NCBI GenBank assembly: GCA_016207165.1
Contig: JACQQD010000009.1
Span: forward strand, 1 to 64,000
DNA from: Candidatus Micrarchaeota archaeon
GTDB lineage: Archaea > Micrarchaeota > Micrarchaeia > Norongarragalinales > Norongarragalinaceae
Length of the DNA: 64,000 nucleotides
Direction of reading: 5' to 3'
The notes under the pieces were generated by a model. The model was not told the origin of the DNA. It ran no database searches and saw only the letters and a program-made list of their open reading frames with translations. Below, piece after piece: positions 1 to 8,159 of this stretch. How positions within the stretch are numbered: position 1 is the stretch's first letter; every line of letters starts with the position of its first letter. A program made the position numbers and the translations under genes.

Positions 1-792
1 ACTGTGCCGGATGGTCGTTTGACGGGTACGTACAGTGGTGCGTTGTCGTTCTCGACAGTCGGTTACATTAATGCGACGACGAACTTTACTGGGCCTACGT
101 TGACGCGTGCCTTCATTGGTAACGGTTCGTCTTTGACGGCGCTCAATGCTGGGGAATTGGTTAACGGCACAGTTCCTGATGGTCGAATCAGCGGGACTTA
201 TTCGTCGAACTTGGTGCTCAGCGGACAGAACAACTACACGGGCAACTTCTTGGCCTTGGACCGCTCGTTGGCTGAAGGCGACACCGGCGACGCGGGTTTC
301 GCCTTGAACGTCACGCAGCGCGCGGACGACGCCGCGGTGCTGGTGGACATGTTCCGCAACGACTCTGCGGCGCGCATCCGCAAGCAGACGCCGGGCGGCG
401 AAGGCGGCGGACCGGTGTTGGAACTGGTTGACGGCGGCACAGGCGAGACGTTAAACCTGACCGCCCTTAATAACCAAAACATCACCATCCGCACAAGCAG
501 CGGCACGGGCCACTGGATCAGCGGCAATACGTTCCTGACGAACATTTACGGCAACGCAACGACGGATGCCACGCATGACACCAACGGCGTGACGGTGCTC
601 AACAACGCGGTGACGGCCAACTCCATCATCTTCATCACTCCGTACGGAGGCGCGGGCGCGTCGCTGGGTTGCGCGAACTGCACCTTCTTCGTGGGTGACA
701 AGTGGGCGGCAGTCGGGTTCGCCATCAACGTGACGAACACGTCGACGAACCGTGCGGCGATCGTGAACTTCTCGTACATCATCGTCAACTAA
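1..792 (+). CDS. C-terminal part of a large surface/fibre-like protein (5' end outside window)
   Basis: Frame is open from base 1. Repeated TVPDGR(L/I)(T/S)GTYS motif and a GNGSSLTALNA segment resemble tail-fibre/adhesin repeats. Asn/Thr/Gly-rich with N-x-S/T sequons and no C-terminal TM. Confidence 0.7.
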   Translation, partial: TVPDGRLTGTYSGALSFSTVGYINATTNFTGPTLTRAFIGNGSSLTALNAGELVNGTVPDGRISGTYSSNLVLSGQNNYTGNFLALDRSLAEGDTGDAGFALNVTQRADDAAVLVDMFRNDSAARIRKQTPGGEGGGPVLELVDGGTGETLNLTALNNQNITIRTSSGTGHWISGNTFLTNIYGNATTDATHDTNGVTVLNNAVTANSIIFITPYGGAGASLGCANCTFFVGDKWAAVGFAINVTNTSTNRAAIVNFSYIIVN

Positions 793-806
793 GGGGGGAA
801 CTGGCG

Positions 807-1952
807 GTGAAGCGTTTCCTCTTTTGGTTGGTCTTGGCGGGGTTGGCGGCTGGCTACGTTGGCACGTCGGCCTCCTTCCAGGCGGAATTGGCGGTGGTGG
901 ACGGGTCCAATCCCATCAACGCCTCTTCAGCATCCTACAACGTCTACGGCACCTTGGGAACGCTTTCCCAGGATGCCAACGGCAGTGTTTTGTTCGTTGA
1001 CCCCGGCTTTGGCTTTACTCAAGCCACGAGGAGTCCGCCGCAATCCAGTACCCTGGTTGCGCCGGTGACCACGGCGTGTTGTGGCCCGTACACGTTCACC
1101 GTCCGCTGGACGGATTTGACGGGCTTGGGAGTGGATCGCGTCGTGTTTGAATCCAGTCTCGGCAACCAGACGGCGGCGCTGACTTCAGGTACTGCCAGCG
1201 ACGGCACGTGGAGCAACTCCTTCTCTGCTGGCGCTGGCGCGGTGACGTACCGGTGGTATGCCGTAAACAGGGACGGTCTTTGGAATTTCACGGGGCAGCA
1301 GACGTTCACCGTTACGCCGGCGGCCGCAGGCACGGGTTCCACGGCGACGCCGGCTCCGGCAACGGCTCCGGCGGCCACGTCGTCTCCGCCTTCCCTGCCT
1401 CCTTTCTCGGGCTCGTCTCAGACGCCGACTCCGGTTCCTCCGGAGGCGAAGAACTTCGGTGACTCGCGGTTCGGCTCTTCGCAGGTGTTCGTGGACTTCA
1501 AGCCGCAAAGCACGCAGTTTACGTACTCGTTTACGGCCAACGCCCAAGGTGTGTACTCGGTCCAGCAACACATTCCGGGAATTGATGTCAGCGATGTGGA
1601 TGCGGGCTTGGTTTCGTTCAGCCCCCAGCCTTCCAAAATCCAGCAGGGCAGCGTCATTGCCACGTGGGATGTTTCCCTGGCGGAAGGCCAAGAGTTTGAC
1701 GTGACGGTGACTGTTGCCAAGGCCTTGTCCAAATCGATTTTGGACCAGTTGGAGCCTCCGGTGGTCAAAAGCACGTCGGCCCCGGTTTCCGGGTCGCAAC
1801 CTGTTGAAGAGCAGACTCCGACCCCCGAAGAGCCGGCGGCGGCTCCGGCGGCGGCCGCGGACTACACGCTGTGGTACGTGGTGGGCGCCTTGATTTTGTT
1901 GGGCGTCGTGTACTTTGCTTTCATGGGGAAGAAGCCCAAGAAAGGGCTTTAA
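807..1952 (+). CDS. Secreted, C-terminally membrane-anchored surface protein (Ig-like domains, Pro/Thr/Ala linkers)
   Basis: GTG start at 807 after a GGGGGG RBS. Signal peptide KRFLFWLVLAGLAAG, PT-rich linkers, C-terminal TM plus KKPKKGL. Paralogous domain shared with 12577-13932. Confidence 0.8.
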   Translation: MKRFLFWLVLAGLAAGYVGTSASFQAELAVVDGSNPINASSASYNVYGTLGTLSQDANGSVLFVDPGFGFTQATRSPPQSSTLVAPVTTACCGPYTFTVRWTDLTGLGVDRVVFESSLGNQTAALTSGTASDGTWSNSFSAGAGAVTYRWYAVNRDGLWNFTGQQTFTVTPAAAGTGSTATPAPATAPAATSSPPSLPPFSGSSQTPTPVPPEAKNFGDSRFGSSQVFVDFKPQSTQFTYSFTANAQGVYSVQQHIPGIDVSDVDAGLVSFSPQPSKIQQGSVIATWDVSLAEGQEFDVTVTVAKALSKSILDQLEPPVVKSTSAPVSGSQPVEEQTPTPEEPAAAPAAAADYTLWYVVGALILLGVVYFAFMGKKPKKGL

Positions 1953-1999
1953 ACCCTCTTCTTCTTAATTTTTTTCTCGGTGTTATACCCTAGAGGTAA

Positions 2000-2530
2000 T
2001 TGGTCGTGGATTCGCGGTTTTTGTTTTTGGTTTTTGTAGTTGGAGCCTTGGTGGTTTCGGGGTGCGTGGGTTCTTCTCCTTCTGGGGTTTCCTCCAACGC
2101 ATCGACGGAAAACGAGTCGTCCAATGCTTCGTTGGCGCCCAATGCTTCAGCGGGTGTGCCGGCCAAGCAGGCCGCGTTGTGCGTGGTTTCTTCCGGAGAC
2201 CAAGTGGAATTGTTTTTGTTCGATGAATCCCGTTACGTGTACGAGTTGACGGTGGGTGGCCGCACCTCCGTGGAAATGGTGTATGTTCCGGATGGGTTGT
2301 ACGTGCATTTCCTTTCATCGATATCTCCGGGTTGTGATTGGGCGTTCTTGACGCAAACCGACTTGGAGTCCATCAACGAGTTTAGTGGCATCAAGTTTTT
2401 GACGCACGCCGAGTTGGCCAACCAAATTTCGGCGAACCAATGCCAGCGGGTTCCATTGGATGAATCCGTGTTTTCCCTTCCTCCGGCGGCGTGCTCTTTC
2501 CAGGAATTTCTGCTTCGAAGCGCGCGCTGA
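2000..2530 (+). CDS. Putative lipoprotein, unknown function
   Basis: GAGGT RBS. Hydrophobic signal ending in lipobox-like VVSGC, then a Ser-rich linker. Start at 2000 or 2006. Confidence 0.7.
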   Translation: MVVDSRFLFLVFVVGALVVSGCVGSSPSGVSSNASTENESSNASLAPNASAGVPAKQAALCVVSSGDQVELFLFDESRYVYELTVGGRTSVEMVYVPDGLYVHFLSSISPGCDWAFLTQTDLESINEFSGIKFLTHAELANQISANQCQRVPLDESVFSLPPAACSFQEFLLRSAR

Positions 2531-2606
2531 CCGGCCTCACCGGCCAGGACCCCTCTTTTTGTTTTTAAAGACTCTTCTACTGGTTTTTGTTTCGAGGTGG
2601 AAGGCC

Positions 2607-2732
2607 ATGAAAGTGGATGTGACCCAGATGACGTATTCCGACTTGGAACGCGTTTTAAGCAACGTGCCGTTTGCCGTGCACCAACTGTCCCGGATTGGCG
2701 GCCGCGTGGTTTTGGAGTGTGCTCCGGCTTAA
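2607..2732 (+). CDS. Small hypothetical protein (41 aa, MKVDVTQMTYSDLERVLSNVPFAVHQLSRIGGRVVLECAPA)
   Basis: Strong GAGGTGG RBS before ATG 2607 and T-tracts after the stop. Fills an intergenic gap. Confidence 0.55.
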   Translation: MKVDVTQMTYSDLERVLSNVPFAVHQLSRIGGRVVLECAPA

Positions 2733-2861
2733 TCTTTTTTTCCTGTTTCTTTTTTTTTGGGTCGGGTGGACGTAGGGCTTGCCGGCGTGCGTAAACGTAT
2801 AAAAGACTTCCGCGCGTAGTTTGAGTGGTTTTCCGTCCGTTTTGGGGCCCAGGTTTTTTCC

Positions 2862-5800
2862 ATGTACGCGAAGCGCATTTTCCTTCGGAACTTCAAGTCG
2901 TTTCCCAAAACCACGGTGGAATTGGAGCGCACGTTTTCGGCGGTCGTGGGTCCGAATGGATCGGGCAAGTGCGTTCGCGGGGACACGCGGGTTTTGCTTT
3001 CGAATGGGCGCTTGATTCCCATTCGGGAATTGGTGGATGAAGCGCTTTCCAGGCAGTCGTCGGAATTGGATGACGGGTTTGTCTCTTTGTCCAGCGGCCA
3101 GTGGAGCGTTGTTTCGCTTAACCCGTCAACCCTGAAAATGGAGGGAAAGCCGGTCACGGCGTTGGTCAAGCGCAAGAGCCCGGAAACGCTTTTCGAAATC
3201 ACGACGCGGGCTGGGCGCACCGTGATTGCGACTTCGTATCACCCGGTCTTGACCGTTCAGGGTGGCGAGGTTCGCGCGGTGAATGCTGACCAGCTTCAAG
3301 AGGGTGCTTTTGTGGCGGTGCCAAGGACGTTGCGCCTGGGAGGCGAGACTTTTTCTCCGTTGATGGCCATGGCCCGCATGGACTTGGACGTCTATGCGGG
3401 TTATTCATCGAAGTTGAAGTCTGAACTGTATCGGGTCAAGCAATTGCGGGGCTGGACGTGGAAACAGGTCGCCGCCCAGTCGGGCGTGTCCTGGATGGCG
3501 TTTAAGGGTTTCCTGGATGGCCAAGCCCTTAGACTCAATGCGGCGTACCGGCTGACGGTTTTTGTGGGTTATTCGGATTTTGAGTTCTCCGAGTGGTTCC
3601 GTCTCGTCAAATCCAAGAATTACTCGATTTTTTCAAGTATTCCCACTGAATTGTCCCCGGATTTGGCGCGCTTTTTGGGTCTCGTTCTTTCGGAGGGCCG
3701 ACTTGTCAAGAACGAGGTTTTCTTCTACAACCATGATGAGGAATTGCTTCGCGATTTCTGTCGGCTTTCCGAATCGCTGTTTGGGATTGTGCCTACCGTT
3801 CGGAATTACCGTGGCAACCAAGTAGCCATTTTGCCGTCGAGGCCGGTTTCTTTGATGTTGGAACACGTTTTTGGAATGACTTTGTTCGGCGGTTCGCGAA
3901 GCAAAAAGGTTCCTGAACCCGTTTTGAATTCCAGCGACGAAGTTGTTCGAAGCTTTGTTTCTGGGTTGTTCGACGGCGACGGCTTCGTTTCAAGCCCAGA
4001 CCAGCCTAAGGCTTACCTGGAATATGTTTCGGCGAGTCCAGAACTGGTTGATGGGCTATGGTACTTGTTTTTGCGTCTGGGCATCGTGTCCCGTCTTTCC
4101 AAGACCATCAAAGCGGCAACCAATACCATAAAGAGAACACGTCGGTCATACGCTAGGCTTTCGGTGTTTGGCCAGGAGAACCTGCGCCGTTTTGCGGAAT
4201 TCGTGCCGTTGAGGCAAGCCATGCGTTTGGAGCGGCTTTCGGTTTGGTCTTCAAAACGGGTCAACGCCAATCCGAATGTCGATGTGGTTCCCGGTTTGAA
4301 CCCTGAAATTCGACGCGTGCTGCAAAAAGCCGGTTATTCTTCCCGCAAACTCAAGGGCGTAGCGCCGTCCAGGATTCGCTCTTACTACGAGAATCGGGCC
4401 CTTCCTTCTCGCGCCGGTCTGATGGCCGTCCAGCAACTTGTGCAAAGCGACGCGTTGGCTCGTTTTGCAGAATCTGACGTGTTCTGGGATCAAATTCGTT
4501 CCATTCGCCAGGTGCCTGGCGAAGAATGGGTGTACGACTTGTGCGTGGAGGGCAACCACAACTTCGTGGCGGAAGGCTTGTTCGTGCACAACAGCAACAT
4601 CGTTGACGGCCTCATGTTCGCGTTCGGCGAGATGCGGCTCAAATCGCTTCGCGTCAAAAGCACGAAAGACCTCATTTTCAAGAACGCCAACGTCGCGGAA
4701 GTGCGGGTGTTGTTGGCGGAGGATGACGCGAGGGACTTCACGGTCGGGGAAGTCGAGGAGCGCGGCAAGAAGCGGCGGATTTTTCCAAAAGGAGTGCATG
4801 AAGTGGCGCGGCTGATTCGAAAGGATGGAAAGACGAAGTACGTGTTGGATGGGAAAGCCGTGAAGAAGTACGTGATTGAGGACTTTTTGTCCAAGCACAG
4901 CCTTTCGCTTTACAACGTCATCAAGCAAGGCGAAGTCCAGCGCATCGTGGAAATGAATTCCAGGGACCGGCGGACCCTGATTGACTTCGTGGCGAACGTG
5001 TCGGAGTACGAGGACAAGAAAGGGGAGGCGTTGGGTGAATTGGCCACCGTGGACTCGCGGTTGAGGGAAGCCCAGACGGTGTTCGCGGAAAAGGAGGGGT
5101 ACCTCAAGGAATTGGCGGAGGACAAGAAAAACGCGGAAACCTATTTGAAGTTGGAGGAAGACGTCAAAACGCTTTCCGCGACCCTGCTTCACGTCGATGT
5201 GAAGTCCTTGGAACGGCAATTCGAGGCATTGGTTTCGTCGAACCTGGATTACCGAAACAAGGTGGAGGCGTTGCAGGCGAACATCAAGTCGTTGGAGGCC
5301 GGCATTGACGCGGCGCACCAGGAAAAAGACCGGCTCAACCAGACCATCATGGAGAAAAGCCATGGCCGTGAGCGGGAGCTTCAGAGAGCCATCGATGCGC
5401 TTGCGGCCGCGATTGACTCCGGGAAAGCGGTGATTTTGGACAAAAAGGAACAGCTCAAGCGCCTCCGCGAAAAGAGAAAGACGGTGGCGTTGGACCACCA
5501 AAAGGCCGGCAACGAAGTCAAGGGGTTTGACCAACAACGAAAGACGTTGGCCGAGGACGTCGAATCGGTGAAAAAAACGCTGGAGCGGGACCAGGGGGAA
5601 CTTAACGCGTTGCTGGGGAAGTCCGAGAAGCTTTCAAGCTCATTTTTCGACGCGCGCAAGCGCATGCAGAAATACGAACAGGACATGCAGGCGGCCAAGG
5701 ACGCGCTTAACGCCTTGCAGGCGGAAATGTCCAAGCAGGAGGAAATCCAGAAAGTCAAGGAACAGGAACTGGCGCGGCTGAAGAAGGGTCTTTTTGACGA

Positions 5801-7991
5801 TTTTTCGCCTCGAAAGAAAGAACTGTTGCATGCGTTGAAAAACGCGGAATCCGCTTTGCGGCCCTTTGACCGTGCACTCCGGGAGCACTTCGAACAGGAA
5901 AAGGCGCTCAACCAGCGCGTGCCGGCGTTGGAGGACTTGTGGCTGGACCTCAAGGAGAAAATCGCGGAAACCGAGGGAAGGCTGCGTTTGGCGTCGGATT
6001 TTTCTTCCGCGGGCCTTGAGGCCGTCATGCGGTTGCGCGAGAAAAACGAGGGCATTTACGGGACCCTCGGCGAATTGATTCGGTATTCCTCCAAGTACTC
6101 CGTTCCCGTAGGCGTGGCCTTGGGCAACCGCTTGCAATACGTCGTCGTGGACTCGGTGAAAACCGCTGGAACCGTCATTGATTACCTCAAGAAGAACAAT
6201 TTGGGAAGAGTTTCGTTCATCCCGTTGGACAAGATCCACTCGCCTCCGGCGGAAGAAAAGCTTGCGGACAAGCCGGGGGCCGCGGGTATGCTTTTGGATT
6301 TGCTTGAATTTGACTCCATGTACCGCAAAGCCGTCCAGTACGCGTGCGCGAACACCGTGGTCTTTGATTCCTTTGACGCCGCGTCAAAGCTGGCCGGGAA
6401 AGCCCGGATGGTGACTCTGGGCGGTGAGCTTTTCGAGCCGTCGGGCCTGGTTTCCGGCGGCAAGTCCAAGGAAAAAATCAATGCGTACGCGGAACAAGCC
6501 AAGCTGGCTGAATACCAGAAAAAATTCGAGAAAATCAAAGGCGAAAAAGAGTCCGTCGTCTCCGAGCTTTACGCGCTTCGGGAAGCCATGTCCGAAGAGC
6601 GGAAGAAGAAGGCGGAAGCCGAGTTGCAGTTTAAGCGCGTGGAACTGGAGTTGGAGCACGTCCAGCAGAGCGAAAAGGCGGTGGCGGAACAGCAGAAAGA
6701 CGTGCACGCCGCCATCCGGAGTCTGGAGTCGGAAATCGCTCAAAGCCGAAAAGTCGTGGAGCAGGCCGACGAGGACCGCGGTTCCTGGGTCAAGGCGTTG
6801 TCGGACTTGAACGTGGCGTACTTGGACGCCAAACAATTGGTGGACGTGGAAAAGGAGCAGCATTTCGGCAGTTTGGTCAAGGAAAAGGAGCACAAAGTCT
6901 CGGAACTCAAGATCACGTCGGCGAAACTGGAAAACGAGCTGCGCGCGTTGGACACCCAGAAAAACCTGTACGCCCGCCAGTACGCAGGAGTGGAAAAGGA
7001 ACTCTCGGAATTAAACCGGGAAGAGGACGCGGGCCAGGCGGCCATCCAGGAAGCGGAGGCCAAGGTGGCCCAAGCGCGGACCGAGTTGCAGGAAAAAACG
7101 CTGGAACAGAAAAGCTTGTCCAAGGAACTCTCGGAATTCATCGAAAAACGCGAGGCTTTGGAGAAAAAAGCCATGGCGTTGGGCAACGAAAAAGGTAAGT
7201 TGCAATTGACGTTGGAAAAGCTTTCCTTGGAAAAACAGGATTCGGAGTTAAAACGCGTGGCCGTGGAAACCAAGTTGCTTGATCTCAAGGCGCAGTTTGA
7301 ACAGTTCCAAGGCGTCCAAATCATCCAGAACAAGACGGACAAAGACAAAGGCGACTTGTTGCTGAGAAAGAAAGAGTCGGAAGAAAAGTTGCGTGCCATG
7401 GGGCAGATCAACCTGCGCGCGTTGGAGCTCTACGACCAGAAAGTCGAGGAACTTCAACGACAGAAAACGCGCGTGGTCCAGCTGGAAAACGAGAAGAACA
7501 CGGTGCTTTTGCTCATAGAGGAAATCGAGTCCAAAAAGAAGGCCACGTTCATGGAGGTCTTCCACGACATCAATTCCGCGTTCAAGAAACTCTTCAAAAC
7601 CATTTTCAAGGGCGACGGCACCCTGTTTTTGGAGAACCCCGACTTGCCGTTTGAAGGCGGCCTGACCATTCAAGTGCAGTTGGAGAACAAGGAAATCAAG
7701 TACCTGGAACTCATGTCCGGCGGCGAAAAATCCCTCATCGCGCTTTTGTTCCTCTTTGCCATCCAATCCAAGAACCCGTCCAGCATCTACATCCTCGACG
7801 AAGCGGATGCCGCCTTGGACCAGGAAAACTCGCGCAAGCTGGCCTTGCTTTTGAAACAACTCGCGACGCAGACGCAGTTCCTGGTGGTTTCTCACAACGA
7901 CACCCTGTACAAGCACGCCGATTGCCTGGTGGGGGTGTCCATGGGCCCCGAAGGATCCAATTTAGTGGAAGTCCGGCTTCACTCCTCTTAA
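2862..7991 (+). CDS. smc: Chromosome segregation protein SMC, intein-containing precursor (mature about 1168 aa)
   Basis: NFKSF; Walker A GPNGSGK|S split by the intein; long coiled coils; hinge (GIYGTLGELI, LGRVSFIPL, RMVTLGGE); signature MSGGEKS; Walker B ILDEADAALD; switch VVSH. Confidence 0.97.
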   Translation: MYAKRIFLRNFKSFPKTTVELERTFSAVVGPNGSGKCVRGDTRVLLSNGRLIPIRELVDEALSRQSSELDDGFVSLSSGQWSVVSLNPSTLKMEGKPVTALVKRKSPETLFEITTRAGRTVIATSYHPVLTVQGGEVRAVNADQLQEGAFVAVPRTLRLGGETFSPLMAMARMDLDVYAGYSSKLKSELYRVKQLRGWTWKQVAAQSGVSWMAFKGFLDGQALRLNAAYRLTVFVGYSDFEFSEWFRLVKSKNYSIFSSIPTELSPDLARFLGLVLSEGRLVKNEVFFYNHDEELLRDFCRLSESLFGIVPTVRNYRGNQVAILPSRPVSLMLEHVFGMTLFGGSRSKKVPEPVLNSSDEVVRSFVSGLFDGDGFVSSPDQPKAYLEYVSASPELVDGLWYLFLRLGIVSRLSKTIKAATNTIKRTRRSYARLSVFGQENLRRFAEFVPLRQAMRLERLSVWSSKRVNANPNVDVVPGLNPEIRRVLQKAGYSSRKLKGVAPSRIRSYYENRALPSRAGLMAVQQLVQSDALARFAESDVFWDQIRSIRQVPGEEWVYDLCVEGNHNFVAEGLFVHNSNIVDGLMFAFGEMRLKSLRVKSTKDLIFKNANVAEVRVLLAEDDARDFTVGEVEERGKKRRIFPKGVHEVARLIRKDGKTKYVLDGKAVKKYVIEDFLSKHSLSLYNVIKQGEVQRIVEMNSRDRRTLIDFVANVSEYEDKKGEALGELATVDSRLREAQTVFAEKEGYLKELAEDKKNAETYLKLEEDVKTLSATLLHVDVKSLERQFEALVSSNLDYRNKVEALQANIKSLEAGIDAAHQEKDRLNQTIMEKSHGRERELQRAIDALAAAIDSGKAVILDKKEQLKRLREKRKTVALDHQKAGNEVKGFDQQRKTLAEDVESVKKTLERDQGELNALLGKSEKLSSSFFDARKRMQKYEQDMQAAKDALNALQAEMSKQEEIQKVKEQELARLKKGLFDDFSPRKKELLHALKNAESALRPFDRALREHFEQEKALNQRVPALEDLWLDLKEKIAETEGRLRLASDFSSAGLEAVMRLREKNEGIYGTLGELIRYSSKYSVPVGVALGNRLQYVVVDSVKTAGTVIDYLKKNNLGRVSFIPLDKIHSPPAEEKLADKPGAAGMLLDLLEFDSMYRKAVQYACANTVVFDSFDAASKLAGKARMVTLGGELFEPSGLVSGGKSKEKINAYAEQAKLAEYQKKFEKIKGEKESVVSELYALREAMSEERKKKAEAELQFKRVELELEHVQQSEKAVAEQQKDVHAAIRSLESEIAQSRKVVEQADEDRGSWVKALSDLNVAYLDAKQLVDVEKEQHFGSLVKEKEHKVSELKITSAKLENELRALDTQKNLYARQYAGVEKELSELNREEDAGQAAIQEAEAKVAQARTELQEKTLEQKSLSKELSEFIEKREALEKKAMALGNEKGKLQLTLEKLSLEKQDSELKRVAVETKLLDLKAQFEQFQGVQIIQNKTDKDKGDLLLRKKESEEKLRAMGQINLRALELYDQKVEELQRQKTRVVQLENEKNTVLLLIEEIESKKKATFMEVFHDINSAFKKLFKTIFKGDGTLFLENPDLPFEGGLTIQVQLENKEIKYLELMSGGEKSLIALLFLFAIQSKNPSSIYILDEADAALDQENSRKLALLLKQLATQTQFLVVSHNDTLYKHADCLVGVSMGPEGSNLVEVRLHSS
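2970..4592 (+). mobile_element. Intein with LAGLIDADG homing endonuclease (541 aa) in SMC Walker A
   Basis: N-terminal CVRGDT, block B TSYHP, LAGLIDADG motifs FLGLVLSEG and FVSGLFDGDG, block F/G VYDLCVEGNHNFVAEGLFVHN, +1 Ser. Confidence 0.96.
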
Positions 7992-8081
7992 AACCCCTGC
8001 TTCCATTTTTGTAAAAAAAGCTTTACTTTTTGTAAAGTTCGTTTTACGTCGTTTGCTTGTTCGCTGTTCGACGAAAAATTG

Positions 8082-8096
8082 GCAAAAGTTTATAAA
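8082..8096 (+). promoter_or_regulatory. BRE/TATA promoter of the large glycoprotein gene
   Basis: GCAAAAG-TTTATAAA about 65 nt upstream of ATG 8160. Confidence 0.6.
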
Positions 8097-8159
8097 GCCA
8101 TTTGGCGTTCGCATTCCAGTATTTCCACCATGGTTTTGATGAGGGGTGTCCAACACGTC

